The notes beneath the pieces are model-generated. The model was not told where the DNA came from. It made no database searches and saw nothing but the letters and a program-made list of their open reading frames with translations. Below are positions 36,226 through 47,500 of a stretch of DNA of 64,000 nucleotides, piece by piece. Position 1 is the first letter of the stretch. Every line of letters begins with the position of its first letter. Both the position numbers and the translations under genes were made by a program. Origin of the DNA: an uncultured euryarchaeote (GTDB lineage: Archaea; Thermoplasmatota; Poseidoniia; Poseidoniales; Poseidoniaceae); contig CALBRH010000065.1 of NCBI GenBank assembly GCA_937899865.1, forward strand, positions 1 to 64,000, read 5' to 3'.

Positions 36226-38907
36226 ATGCAGTTCGACGGCAGACTCGGGATAATCAGTGGACGGTACCACTCTCTCGATGGTTCTGAAGGTGTCAAAGAG
36301 CACCAAACAATCCTCGAAGTATTTGGCCGTTGTGAAGATGGCCGTTCGATTTGTCTGCTCATCAAAGGTTTACAGCCGAGTTTTGAAATTTCTCCATTAC
36401 TTGCCTGGAAAGTAGGTCAAGAAATACCTCAACATACTAAAGATTCAATTCAGAAGATAGCTGAAAAGGAAGATGTTGTCAAGATTGAAGGTCCAACAAT
36501 GAAACTCACCGATCTCGGCATGCGACCAATTTGGCAGGTCACTACGCGCCAACCATATGTGGTGCCAAACTTGCGTAAATCGCTAGAAAAGCAGGGCTGG
36601 GGTGTTTACTCTGGCGACATTCCGTTTCTCAATCGGCTATTCTTAGATTTGGATTTGAGTATGCATATCCACGCTAAGGGTAAGATAATCGATACCATTG
36701 ATGCACCCAATAATGACATGCAGCAAACTATCAAAGTGCGGGCTGCTGGTGGTGCCGGGCGCTACAGTGTTGACATAACTGTGGCCTGTACAATCGATGA
36801 CTTATCCGATACTGATGCATTTCAAGTGCCGTTCAAGGTATTCTCATTTGACCTCGAAACCAGTATCAAAGATGAATCAGTCTTATGTGCTGCAGCATGG
36901 ATTGAAGATATGGGGACTGGAATCCGACAGAAGTACGCACTGGAAGGTGAAGAAGGACATATTTTGGAGCAACTGACCCTTATTGTTCGCTCTCAAGACC
37001 CTGACATAATCACCGGTTATAACATTGATAATTTCGACTTACCAAGGCTTAAAGACAGGGCTGATGAACTCAGTAAAAGAGGTGGCTGGCGTCGTAAAGC
37101 CGCCTTATTTGGCTGGGGTAGGGTAGAGCAATCCGAGCAAGAAATCAAGCGTACTCGAACCGGACTAATACCTCGTCGGCAAAGCAATCGTGCTTGGAAT
37201 TTGGCTGGAAGAAGCGTAGTCGATGCTTGGTGGCAAACTCGTATGACCATTAGGCCACAGCGTGAAACCCTGTCCTATGTGGCAAAGTTACTATTTCCAG
37301 ATGATGAAGATAGACACAAAATGGATGTTGATGCTTCAAAGATGGATGAGGAATGGGCGGCACGACCAGATGTTGTGATGGAATATTGTATTCGAGATGC
37401 AGAATTGCCGTTAGATATTCTTGAAGAATTACAAGTGATTAGACGAAAGGAAGCAACTGCAGCAGTTGCAAAAGTTAGTTTTGATACTGCGGCAAATGGT
37501 AGTTCAAGCCAACTGGTTGATTCCTTGATAATCCGACTAGCAGATAACGAAAATGTTGCTGTACCTCTTACCGGTTCGGCAGAACCAAAGGAAGGACAAA
37601 TCACTGGCGGTTATGTTCACGATGTTGATGCTGGACTGCATCCATGGATTGCTGTTCTGGATTTCAAAAGTATGTATCCGTCAATCATGATTGGTAGTAA
37701 CGTCTGCTATACGACAAGAATAGATCCAATTCAATCAGACCAACCAGCAGAGGATGAGCCTGTTCACGTTGCACCAACAGGTGCTAGGTTCCGTCATCAA
37801 AGTGTTCGCAAAGGCTTGGTGCCGAACCTACTTGAAAATTTGATGGCGCAACGTGATGTTCACAAGAGCGCTCTCAAGCAAGCTAAGCAAGACAAGGATT
37901 CAGCAGGAATAATGTTTCATGATTCGATGCAATATGCGGTTAAAATTCTCATGAATACTTTCTATGGAGTCTTTGCTAGTGGTTTTTATCGCTTTACCCA
38001 TCGCGATTTGGGCTCTTCAATTACCGCTTGGGCACGCTTCAATATCAAAGATATAATCGCGCAATTAGAAGCCGAGGGACACCATGTAGTCTACTCTGAC
38101 ACAGATTCAATTTTTGTTCGCTCACCAGTACCAGAGGGCTCACCGTCAACCATTAGACCGGATGAGCAAGATGCAGCAGACGCTGGTGATGAGACTGCAT
38201 TGGCTAAAGTTGAAGCCTGGCATATAGCCAAGCAGAGTATGATTGATTTCGGCATAGAAATTGCTGAGCGATATAGTAAGGACTCTGCGGTATTAGAGTA
38301 TGAAAAAGGCTTGTCAGTATTCTTTTCTCATGGTGCTAAAAAGCGCTATGTCGGGCAAGTGGTCTATCCTAGCGAAGAGATGTTAATTCGTGGGTATGAG
38401 ACTCAGAGGACTGACTCGTTTGCTTATCTAACCAAGACCATGAAGGAATTATTCACCTTTGCTTTGGCAGATCAAGAGGCAGAATTAGTCAAATGTGCAT
38501 TGGAACGAGTCAAAGCACTAAGAAATAACGAAGTTGACCCAACCGAGTTAATTTTGGCTAAATCATGTAAGGGGACGGTAAGAAAAGACGGTAGTGTTGA
38601 TTTTTCCAAGGCTTATGCCAATCCAGATAGTATGGCACAGGTAAGAGTTGCTAGGGCAAGAATTGAACTCGGACTTGGCTTTACCTCAGGTATGAAAGTC
38701 TCCTATGTGGTGACCGATGCCTCACGTTCACCGATGGTAGTAGAGCCTTGGTTAGAATCAGAAGAAGATGGTGGAATTTCTGAATATGATGGTAAGTTCT
38801 ACGCTGAGCGTTTAGCGGCTGCATTGGGCCGAATTACCGAAGCATTTGGCTGGAATGCCAAGGAATTGCTAGCAGGAAACAAGCAGAGTTCACTATTTTC
38901 CTTTTAA
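36226..38907 (+). CDS. polB: Family B DNA polymerase
   Basis: Exonuclease FDLETS, GYNIDNFD, YCIRDAE; polymerase DFKSMYPS, KILMNTFYG, YSDTDS, KKRYVG. No intein. Confidence 0.95.
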   Translation: MQFDGRLGIISGRYHSLDGSEGVKEHQTILEVFGRCEDGRSICLLIKGLQPSFEISPLLAWKVGQEIPQHTKDSIQKIAEKEDVVKIEGPTMKLTDLGMRPIWQVTTRQPYVVPNLRKSLEKQGWGVYSGDIPFLNRLFLDLDLSMHIHAKGKIIDTIDAPNNDMQQTIKVRAAGGAGRYSVDITVACTIDDLSDTDAFQVPFKVFSFDLETSIKDESVLCAAAWIEDMGTGIRQKYALEGEEGHILEQLTLIVRSQDPDIITGYNIDNFDLPRLKDRADELSKRGGWRRKAALFGWGRVEQSEQEIKRTRTGLIPRRQSNRAWNLAGRSVVDAWWQTRMTIRPQRETLSYVAKLLFPDDEDRHKMDVDASKMDEEWAARPDVVMEYCIRDAELPLDILEELQVIRRKEATAAVAKVSFDTAANGSSSQLVDSLIIRLADNENVAVPLTGSAEPKEGQITGGYVHDVDAGLHPWIAVLDFKSMYPSIMIGSNVCYTTRIDPIQSDQPAEDEPVHVAPTGARFRHQSVRKGLVPNLLENLMAQRDVHKSALKQAKQDKDSAGIMFHDSMQYAVKILMNTFYGVFASGFYRFTHRDLGSSITAWARFNIKDIIAQLEAEGHHVVYSDTDSIFVRSPVPEGSPSTIRPDEQDAADAGDETALAKVEAWHIAKQSMIDFGIEIAERYSKDSAVLEYEKGLSVFFSHGAKKRYVGQVVYPSEEMLIRGYETQRTDSFAYLTKTMKELFTFALADQEAELVKCALERVKALRNNEVDPTELILAKSCKGTVRKDGSVDFSKAYANPDSMAQVRVARARIELGLGFTSGMKVSYVVTDASRSPMVVEPWLESEEDGGISEYDGKFYAERLAAALGRITEAFGWNAKELLAGNKQSSLFSF

Positions 38908-38959
38908 TTGGCGCAATTCGTGGAAGCACTTTTGATGGATAAACTCCCCAGTCCAACCG

Positions 38960-40162
38960 ATGAAGTCCACATATCAGCCCCTGATGATTGTGCTATTAAT
39001 GGTCTGTGCTAGCCTATCTGGCTGTATATTTTCGAGTGATGAAGACAGTGAAGTAAAGGTTACTGCGGTGTTTGATTACTCGCCAAAAAACGATATTCGG
39101 ACCGGCGATAGTGTTGATTTAGATGCATCAAGTTCACTGCCACAAGATGGTTCGCTAACCTATAGTTGGGATTGTGATGGCGATGGTGCTACAGACAAGA
39201 CCGGACAACAGGTATCTTGTAGTTGGGAGCTTGAAGGCACATATACCGTTACATTGACTGTAGTTTCAGGTACTAAGAGCAGTTCACAAAGCAAAGATAT
39301 TACCGTTTCTGAAGCCCCTGTTGGCTCTCCTACTGCTGAAATCACTCAATATACCGATGAAGAAGACTGTCTATACGATGAGATAGATAATACTCGAGAT
39401 ATTGAGCTATGGATTTGTGCGATGGACAAAGATCCGGGCTCTGATAGAGAAATACAAGATACCAGAGATGTAATGCTCGATGCTGTTGACTCGGATGCTG
39501 GCGGCGATGACCAATATATTACTGAGTTCAACTGGGACCTTGACTTAGAGGTTGATTCTGATGGTGATGGCAACACAGAGAATGATGCAGACCTAACCGG
39601 TGAATCAGTCGAATGGAAAGATGTTGCACCTGGAGAATATCAAATCAATCTCTCAGTAGTAAATAGTGCAGGTAAGATGGACGGAGATAAAATCAAAGTT
39701 TATGTCTCATTTTATGGCCATTGGTCAGATAGCGATTGGCAAATCTCTGGTGGTAATTCCAACGACCCAGAAGAGATTAGATTTGACATGCCGGTTGTTT
39801 ATGATAAAGACCAAGGTAATACTATTAGGAAAGTCGAATTGATTTTGACTTATCCACAAATTGATGATGACTGCCAAGATGTTACTCCTGGTGAAGGCAA
39901 TAACTGTCGTAATAAATTGGACATATATGCTTACAATGAAGAGGATGAAGAGGCAAGAAATACTAGTGAGACTCCATTAGAAAATCGTGATTATGATGAT
40001 TGCGATGATGATAACGATTGTTTACAATTATTGCTTAGCTCATACATGTTTACTGAAACCGAATCGACATTCGGTGATGGAGAGTGGGTTGTAGCGATTC
40101 ACAATGAGAAGTTAAATGACCAAAAAATCGAATCATTTGTTATTATTCTACATTACAAGTGA
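38960..40162 (+). CDS. Lipoprotein with PKD domains
   Basis: Lipobox LSGC; PKD-like VDLDASSS...YSWD...GTYTVTLTV; acidic Ca-binding-like loops. Confidence 0.8.
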   Translation: MKSTYQPLMIVLLMVCASLSGCIFSSDEDSEVKVTAVFDYSPKNDIRTGDSVDLDASSSLPQDGSLTYSWDCDGDGATDKTGQQVSCSWELEGTYTVTLTVVSGTKSSSQSKDITVSEAPVGSPTAEITQYTDEEDCLYDEIDNTRDIELWICAMDKDPGSDREIQDTRDVMLDAVDSDAGGDDQYITEFNWDLDLEVDSDGDGNTENDADLTGESVEWKDVAPGEYQINLSVVNSAGKMDGDKIKVYVSFYGHWSDSDWQISGGNSNDPEEIRFDMPVVYDKDQGNTIRKVELILTYPQIDDDCQDVTPGEGNNCRNKLDIYAYNEEDEEARNTSETPLENRDYDDCDDDNDCLQLLLSSYMFTETESTFGDGEWVVAIHNEKLNDQKIESFVIILHYK

Positions 40163-40170
40163 TTTTTTTT
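40163..40170 (+). terminator. Oligo-T archaeal terminator
   Basis: T8 directly after the stop codon. Confidence 0.5.
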
Positions 40171-40184
40171 GTTATAGAAAGCCC

Positions 40185-40190
40185 TTTGAT
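40185..40190 (+). promoter_or_regulatory. TATA-like box (TTTGAT) of pyk, preceded by purine-rich BRE-like GAAAG
   Basis: It lies 21 nt before the ATG. The same box at the same spacing recurs at several other genes. Confidence 0.5.
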
Positions 40191-40211
40191 GGGTAGCCAT
40201 GAGGATTAACC

Positions 40212-41663
40212 ATGCGAAGAACTCGTATCGTCGCAACAATCGGTCCTGCATCCAGTGATGATAAGACCTTACTTTCCCTGTTGAAGAGCGGAGTTAACGT
40301 ATGCCGCTTGAATTATTCTCATGGTGAGCCAGAACAAAAAACTGAGTTATATCAAAGAATTAGAGCGTTAGAATCACAAATAGGTCGCCCAACTTGTATC
40401 TTAGCAGATTTACCTGGTCCTAAACTAAGGTTGGGAGAATTCGAGGGAATTCATGTCTTAGGTATGAGGAAAAAAGTCGAATTGCATTGTGGCATGGCGT
40501 ATATGGAAGATGCAAGTAACAAGAAATTACCAGTACAATATGATGGTTTGTCTGCTGAATTGAAGAAAGGCGACCCAGTATTATTGTCGGATGGTCTAAT
40601 CCGCTTGAAAGTTCTTTCAACAACTGGAAAACCAGGTGGAGTAGTAACTTGTCGAATTCAAGATGGAGGCCCAATTAGTTCAAGAAAAGGTATCAACGTA
40701 CCGGGAACTTTGGTTGATTTACCAGCGATTGGACCAAAAGATGAGCGCGCTTTAGCACATGCACTTGATACAGGAGCAGATGTTGTTGCAGTATCATATG
40801 TTAGAACAGCAAAGGATTTGCAACCAGCCAAGGAGACCATCAAGAAGCGAGGTCTCTCGACATGGGTTGTCGCTAAGATAGAACACCCAATGGCCTTAGA
40901 TCATCTTGATGAAATTTTAGATGTAGCTGATGCAGTAATGGTAGCAAGAGGAGATTTGGGAGTAGAAATACCGCTTGAAGAAGTACCGATTGCCCAACAA
41001 AAAATCATCGATAGCGCACTTGAGCGAGGAATGCCAGTAATTGTTGCCACTCAAATGCTTGAAACCATGACAGTCAATCCAAGACCAACTCGTGCTGAAG
41101 TTAGCGATATTTCAACCGCGATAAGGCAAGGAGCAACCGGTGTAATGTTGTCTGGAGAAACAGCCTCAGGTAAATATCCAGTAAAATCTGTCCAAACAAT
41201 GGCCAAAATAGCCGAATCAACCGAACAAGGCTTGGAATCAAGTAATCTTACACCTGAATCAGTATCTCGCTACAAATCAACTAGAGCGGTTGCTCACGCC
41301 GGAGTTGAGTTGGCAAAGATGTCTAATGCTGCACGAATTTTAGTAGCGACAGAAAGAGGCAATGCACCGCGCTTAGTCTCATCATATCGCCCAGGGATTC
41401 CAGTCACTGCGGTAACAAATAGTATTGAGACAGCAAGGAAAGTCCAAATTTTGCCGGGTATAGATAGTATCTTGGTTGAAGAATATGATAGAGGTTCTAA
41501 GACAATGCAGAATGCACTTTCTCTTCAAGTAGAATCAGGAGAAGTCAAGCCAGGACAGAAGATTGTTGCAATTTCAGGTTCTCCAAAAGCGATAAGTGGC
41601 CTAACCAGTACTGCGAGATTGTACAAAGTTTCCAAAGCGGGCGAAATAGTTGGCACAGAATGA
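40212..41663 (+). CDS. pyk: Pyruvate kinase
   Basis: RTRIVATIGPAS, RLNYSHG, DLPGPKLR, AKIE, MVARGDLGVE, ATQMLETM, MLSGETASG. Confidence 0.97.
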   Translation: MRRTRIVATIGPASSDDKTLLSLLKSGVNVCRLNYSHGEPEQKTELYQRIRALESQIGRPTCILADLPGPKLRLGEFEGIHVLGMRKKVELHCGMAYMEDASNKKLPVQYDGLSAELKKGDPVLLSDGLIRLKVLSTTGKPGGVVTCRIQDGGPISSRKGINVPGTLVDLPAIGPKDERALAHALDTGADVVAVSYVRTAKDLQPAKETIKKRGLSTWVVAKIEHPMALDHLDEILDVADAVMVARGDLGVEIPLEEVPIAQQKIIDSALERGMPVIVATQMLETMTVNPRPTRAEVSDISTAIRQGATGVMLSGETASGKYPVKSVQTMAKIAESTEQGLESSNLTPESVSRYKSTRAVAHAGVELAKMSNAARILVATERGNAPRLVSSYRPGIPVTAVTNSIETARKVQILPGIDSILVEEYDRGSKTMQNALSLQVESGEVKPGQKIVAISGSPKAISGLTSTARLYKVSKAGEIVGTE

Positions 41664-41671
41664 AATCAATC

Positions 41672-41701
41672 CTCAATATGGCGTACAGTATTGGGTTTTT
41701 T
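41672..41701 (+). terminator. Stem-loop plus T6 after pyk
   Basis: CTCAATA/TATTGGG stem (one G.U pair) followed by TTTTTT. Confidence 0.4.
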
Positions 41702-41780
41702 GCTGGCAAATAGATAATTTATCATGCGTCGCTTTCAAATAGGGGTTGTTTGTCGGAAGGCTCGATAAGGAGTTATTAAT

Positions 41781-43076
41781 ATGCCAGCTCAATGGGAAGA
41801 TAAGAGTAAGCCACACCGTAATATTGTATTCGTAGGTCACGTAGATCACGGAAAGTCGACAACCGTAGGACGTCTACTTCTGGACTCAGGCCATATCGAA
41901 GAACACGTAATTGAAAAGAACGAAAAGTTAGCAGCAGAAGCCGGTAAGGCTGGTTTTGGTCTAGCATACGTTATGGACGGATTGAAGGAAGAGAGAGAGC
42001 GTGGAATTACCATCGACGTTGCTCACAAAGAATTCTTCACACCTAAGTACTACTGGACTATCATCGATGCTCCAGGTCACCGTGACTTCGTAAAGAACAT
42101 GATTACTGGTGCTTCACAAGCTGACACAGCAGTTCTTCTATGTGCTGCTAACGACGGTGTTAACGCACAAACCAAGGAACACGCTTTCCTAGCAAAGGTA
42201 CTTGGTGTAAAGGAACTTATTGTCCACGTAAACAAGATGGACATTTCCGGTGTTGACTGGTCAGAAGACAAGTACAAGGCTGCTTGCACAGAAGTTTCTA
42301 ACCTACTAAAGATGGCTGGATTCGGTTCTCAACTTGATAAGATACCAATGATCCCTGCATCTTCTTTGAAGGGTGACAACGTATTCCACAAGAGTGACAA
42401 CACACCATGGTACAATGGACCAACACTTTTCGAAGCTATCGACGCTGCTGCAATGCCAGACAAGCCAGTCGACAAGCCTCTAAGACTGCCTATCCAAGAT
42501 GTGTACAAGATTTCCGGTATCGGTACTGTACCAGTCGGTAAGATTGAAACAGGTACTCTAAACGTTGGTAAGACAGTTGTTTTCAACCCATCACAAAAGT
42601 CTGCTGAAGTTAAGTCAATTGAAATGCACCACACAATGGTACCAAAGGCTGAGCCAGGTGACAACGTTGGTTTCAACGTTCGTGGTCTAGCTGCTGATGA
42701 CATCCGCCGTGGTGACGTTGCAGGTTATTCTGACAGTGAACCAACATATGTTAGACATGATGAGCACTTCGTTGGACAAATCCAATTGATGGACATTCCA
42801 AAGGCTGTTTCCGTAGGATACACTCCAGTATTCCACGCACACACTGCACAAGTTGCTGTCAAGTTCATGGAACTTCTAGAAAAGACCAACAAGTCCGGAA
42901 AGGAAGCAAACCCATCATTCTTGAAGACTGGTGACGCATGTCTAATCCGTTTCCAACCAACCAAGCCTCTTGCTATCGAGCAGATGGACACATTCCCAGA
43001 ACTGTCCCGTTTCGCTATCCGTGACATGGGTAAGACAGTAGCTGCTGGTGTCTGTTTGAAGATCGAAAAGAAGTAG
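41781..43076 (+). CDS. tuf: Translation elongation factor EF-1alpha
   Basis: GHVDHGKST, ERERGITID, DAPGHRDF, VNKMD, RFAIRDMGKTVA. Confidence 0.98.
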   Translation: MPAQWEDKSKPHRNIVFVGHVDHGKSTTVGRLLLDSGHIEEHVIEKNEKLAAEAGKAGFGLAYVMDGLKEERERGITIDVAHKEFFTPKYYWTIIDAPGHRDFVKNMITGASQADTAVLLCAANDGVNAQTKEHAFLAKVLGVKELIVHVNKMDISGVDWSEDKYKAACTEVSNLLKMAGFGSQLDKIPMIPASSLKGDNVFHKSDNTPWYNGPTLFEAIDAAAMPDKPVDKPLRLPIQDVYKISGIGTVPVGKIETGTLNVGKTVVFNPSQKSAEVKSIEMHHTMVPKAEPGDNVGFNVRGLAADDIRRGDVAGYSDSEPTYVRHDEHFVGQIQLMDIPKAVSVGYTPVFHAHTAQVAVKFMELLEKTNKSGKEANPSFLKTGDACLIRFQPTKPLAIEQMDTFPELSRFAIRDMGKTVAAGVCLKIEKK

Positions 43077-43114
43077 ATCTAAGATTTGAGGTTTGACGGG
43101 TTGGAGGATTAAAT

Positions 43115-43444
43115 TTGGCTGCGGTAACAATCATCAAATTGACTGGTGAAAATCACCAAGATATCGATAGAGTTGCTAGCCAAATAAAGACAATCTGTGA
43201 CGCTGGTGGAATTTCTCTTAGAGGTCCAATTCCGCTACCAACTAGAAGATTGGTTGTACCAGTTAGAAAAGCACCAGATGGTGAAGGTAGTGAGACATAC
43301 GATCACTGGGAACTACGAGTTCACAAGCGTTTGTTAGAGATGGACATTAATTCCGGTAAGGATGAGTCTGCACTCAGACAAGTAACCAGAATCGAAATTC
43401 CAGACACTGTTAGTATTGAACTATCAATGAGAGTTGCAAACTAA
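43115..43444 (+). CDS. rpsJ: 30S ribosomal protein S10 (uS10)
   Basis: GPIPLPTRRL...RKAPDGEGSETYDHWELRVHKRL. TTG start with a GGAGG RBS at 43103. Confidence 0.96.
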   Translation: MAAVTIIKLTGENHQDIDRVASQIKTICDAGGISLRGPIPLPTRRLVVPVRKAPDGEGSETYDHWELRVHKRLLEMDINSGKDESALRQVTRIEIPDTVSIELSMRVAN

Positions 43445-43446
43445 AG

Positions 43447-44475
43447 TTAGAGATTCTCTACCTCTGCAACACCTGATTCGACTAACCAATCAGCCGTGTC
43501 TTTGTCAATAAAGTGTATATCATCTTCTTCTAAGATGATTTCCATACCATCGCCAAGCATAATTGGGTCTGGTAATGATTGAATTATTTTGATACGAATC
43601 ATTTCATCATTATCTTTAGCAACGGTTTCTTGTTCGACTTCAAGTTCTGTATCTTCTTCAAAATCTACAGGAGTTTCTTCAGTATTTTTGCTGGCCTTTT
43701 TCTTAGAAGGTGCTAATTCCATTGCTGCCATATGCTTCTCAGTTTTTTCAGCGGACTTTTCGATCGTTTCAGTTGATTCATCGCTTGGAGTTTCAAGCCC
43801 AGATTTAACATATTCATCGATATCTGGCCATTCTTCATTGTAGATTCTTTCTTCATCATCATATTGTGAGTCAGCAATTTCAATGTCTGGTTCATCATCT
43901 TCAATAATCAATTCTGGTGGTGATTGACCAGTCAAACCCTCTGGACTTTCAATAAACGAATCCAGTTGCATAGTGCCTTTTGAGTGCTTTCTTCTTTCAA
44001 TCACACCTTCTCCAAGTATGCCTCTTTGCATCGATTCCCAGTCAATTTCTTTCTTAAAGCGGTCCATTTGAGTAACAATTCCGGAGTAAAATGCCTTCTC
44101 AGCAGGATCATGACGAGCCCAATCCATCGGTGGCAAATCTTGATTGGTTCCTAATTGAGAATCTGTTCTTAATGACTGGCTAGCAAGATATTGCATCATC
44201 GTAACCAAGCGTTTACGAGATAACTCCGAGGCAATTCTTCGAATATTTGCTTGACGCTTCTGAGCATTTTGCAGGCGTAATCCAGTAATTCCATTCATTA
44301 GCATATCTTGGATTTCATCGTCTATTCCAGCGAGTAATTTTCCGACCATTTCCCAAAAATTTTGTCGAGGTAAAGGGACAGGCATATGTCTTGATGCCTG
44401 TTGTCTTCTAGTGGCAAATAATTCCTCTTCAATATCTCGCGCTTGCGCTTTGTCGAGATATCTATCCTCCGCCAT
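43447..44475 (-). CDS. GINS15-type replication protein (A domain, long acidic linker, B domain)
   Basis: Helical N-domain (LP..NFWE, R..ELSRKRL, DPAEKAFY). The C-terminal MIRIKIIQSLPDPI..GDG.EI.LEEDDI..ID..TA.WLV.SGVAE is typical of a GINS B domain. Confidence 0.65.
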   Translation of the reverse strand: MAEDRYLDKAQARDIEEELFATRRQQASRHMPVPLPRQNFWEMVGKLLAGIDDEIQDMLMNGITGLRLQNAQKRQANIRRIASELSRKRLVTMMQYLASQSLRTDSQLGTNQDLPPMDWARHDPAEKAFYSGIVTQMDRFKKEIDWESMQRGILGEGVIERRKHSKGTMQLDSFIESPEGLTGQSPPELIIEDDEPDIEIADSQYDDEERIYNEEWPDIDEYVKSGLETPSDESTETIEKSAEKTEKHMAAMELAPSKKKASKNTEETPVDFEEDTELEVEQETVAKDNDEMIRIKIIQSLPDPIMLGDGMEIILEEDDIHFIDKDTADWLVESGVAEVENL

Positions 44476-44550
44476 ATCTAAGGCTCAATTATGAAAGGAC
44501 TTGAACATTCATACTCAAACATCTCATCAACTGGTTCATAATCAAAGACC

Positions 44551-44571
44551 TCACCTCGCGCAGCGAGGTGA
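44551..44571 (+). promoter_or_regulatory. Perfect 9-bp hairpin sequestering the Shine-Dalgarno sequence
   Basis: TCACCTCGC-GCA-GCGAGGTGA. The SD GAGGTGA ends 6 nt before ATG 44578. Confidence 0.6.
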
Positions 44572-44577
44572 TATGAG

Positions 44578-47500
44578 ATGGCAAGCCAATTAGCATCACA
44601 GAATCGTCGAGTAGGAGGGATAATCTCAATTCTACTCGTCGCTTTAATGATTGGTACACCACTGGCAAATTTTGTTAGCGGTAACTCTCAAGCATGGTCT
44701 CCTAATGAAGAGAATAGTTGGGATAGTGAAGTATCATTTTCACCCAATGGCAATCTAACTTATGTCAATGAAACAAACAGTGATATGTTTCAAGTCCCAG
44801 CTAACCACACTATTACAGAAGCCAACCTTTCTCTGTCATCTTTTTGGAATCCTGTTACATATCAAAACAGCACATTTGGTAGCAATCAATCTCTACAATG
44901 GAATGGCACTCTAATTGATACAGAGATTAAAACAAATAATCAACACTTAACTTTAGAGAAAGTCAATACTGCCAATAATGTTGACGATTTTGAAATTGTT
45001 TCAACAGTTCCAAGTGGAGGCTGGTTAACCAATGGCATTGATGGCGAGGTATGGACAATCGTGCAGAATAATACTACTCTAACGAGTAGTTCAAACATGA
45101 ATTTGCCCATAAGCGGCTTTGAAAACACCTCATTTTTATCTACTACTGGAAAAGGAGATCTGCAGTCAGATGTCGATGCATGTATCAGAAGTCCAATAAT
45201 TGATTTACCTCGAGTAATCAACAATTATTCACTAACATTCCAACATTGGTTAGCATTAGATACAACAGATACAATTAGTTTAAAATTTCTTGATGAGAAT
45301 AATATTTGGACAGAACTACCATTTTCCAGTACTATAGCGATAAATGGCAATAGTGATAAATGGCAAAGTGTAAATATCTCGCTTGACAATCATTTTAGTC
45401 AATACCTAACAACAACATACCTTCAGTTTTGTATACAAACCAGCCAATTACCCTCATTACGTGGAGGATGGTTTATTGATGAGCTGAGTTTATTTAATGA
45501 GGGAGATCAAAAAGGTGCTTGGTTCCACGGTAATTTCTCTGGTAACTATTTGCCTAATGCAGTTTCTGAATTTATTATCCCTGCAAATCTATCGAGTTTT
45601 CCTTATCTCGATGAACTTGAAATCAATGCAAATTGGGATATTCAAGGATATTTACATGATTATCTTGTTGTTGAATTTTCATTTGATAATGGCTCATCAT
45701 GGAATGTCATATCTGGGAATTACGGAATACCTGGCCTAGGAGTCTGGCATAATGGCAATTTGTACTATGCTGAATCTAGAGGGTGGGTGCCAATTTATTT
45801 GCCAATAGTTCATAATTTCACTAATTCAGGTGGATTAAATCATACCTTATTCAAATTCACTGTTTACACCAATGCTGGGATAAATTATGGTGGTTCGTCA
45901 TCTTCAGGATGGGAAGGTATTGCGATTGACCAATTGGTTTTCCATCATAATAGAGGTAGTAGCCAAAGTCAAAAATATGTATTCAAAGATTTCAATTCAG
46001 CACCTTTACTTGGATTTAATTCGCCTGACGGTTGGTTGCGGACTAAATCATTAACACCTAATGAGTGGCAATGGACACAGGATATGGGTTTGAGTGCTCA
46101 GCAATTTCAAGTATTTTCATTCAATGATTATGACGAATTACCATCAGGTTGGGCAATATCATCTAATGATAACAATAAATGGCAATATGGACAAATACCG
46201 AGTACTGCAATCTACGGTCCTAACCATTGGAATTCTGGGCAGTATGGACTTGGAATCGCTTTACAAGGGAAATATACCAATGAAATGTATACTCATTTGA
46301 TATCTCCTGAATATTCAATCCCATCTAGTGCGTCATCTAGATTGTCATTCAACAGTTGGGTCTGTACAGAGGCAAATTGGGATGGAGGTGCGATTTCTGC
46401 ATCGACAGACGGAGGTATTAACTGGTGGTATTTACCACCACAAATTGGTACCTTTCACGACCAAATTTCAACAGCAAATACCAATTCTCCATTTTACGGA
46501 GAAGGAATTTTTGATGGTTCAAATATTGCTAACGGATGTCGAAACTCCTCATTACCTTTCCAACTTAAGCAGTATGACATCTCTAATTTATCAGGTCAAG
46601 AAGTTAGATTTAGATACAGTTTCTTTTCTGACCAATTAATCGAATTAGATGGTTGGTATCTTGATGATGTTGGTATTGAAATAGATTTATTCAAACAGAG
46701 TGGAACTTGGCTTTCTCAACCGATTTATCCAGATTCAAACTTTGGCTGGGCAAAAATCGATGGCTTGGTTAAAGAGCCAACAGGTACCGAGGTTCTATTC
46801 GACATCATAGATACTTCATCAGGAGAATTAATCGATGGTTATGCCAATTTAACGTTACCAATTGAGTTATTGTTCAATCCGTCAGAAATCAATAGTATTC
46901 AAGTCAAAGCAAAATTATCTAGCAATAATCAATTTGTCACTCCATCAATTGAGAAAATTGAAATGGGCGTAGCATCTTATTTTGACTGGTATCACGTAAA
47001 ACATGGGCAACCAGAATTATTTAATAATCAACTATTATTTGTTGACGAAAATAGTGAATTAACTGCTAACTCTCAACTGGAGGTCGCTTTCAATACTAAT
47101 CCAGTATGCCCCTCAATAGATACAACAATAACTAGTATAGGTGCTAATATATCTTATCAATCTGCTTATTTTACTTTTGATTATGATTATCAAGGGTCTA
47201 ATTCAATAGTTAGTGAATTTCAGAATAGTTTTTCAGTACCAACTCTATCTGATAATGTCACAATTTCTTTAGATCGCAATTCAAACTTGTTGAATTTTCA
47301 TTATATGCCACAATGCGTATTGCCGAGCAAAAATATCAGTGTTGGTTTAATTGACGAAACCAATATGATATATTCAGATCCAATGATAACTGGATTAAAC
47401 ACAATTTTCGCTACAGAATCTTTCTCAACAGTTACCGCTGATGATATTGTCTATTTGCCAGATAATCATGGAAACTATATTCTAACACTACAACCTAACC

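Noticed and set aside
36226-38907. PolB as a casposon/viral polymerase or intein carrier
   Set aside because: Normal length, all motifs contiguous, and no Cas1, terminal repeats or viral neighbours.
41781-43444. tuf-rpsJ separated from rps7/fusA
   Set aside because: Split str clusters are common in archaea, so this is not considered novel.
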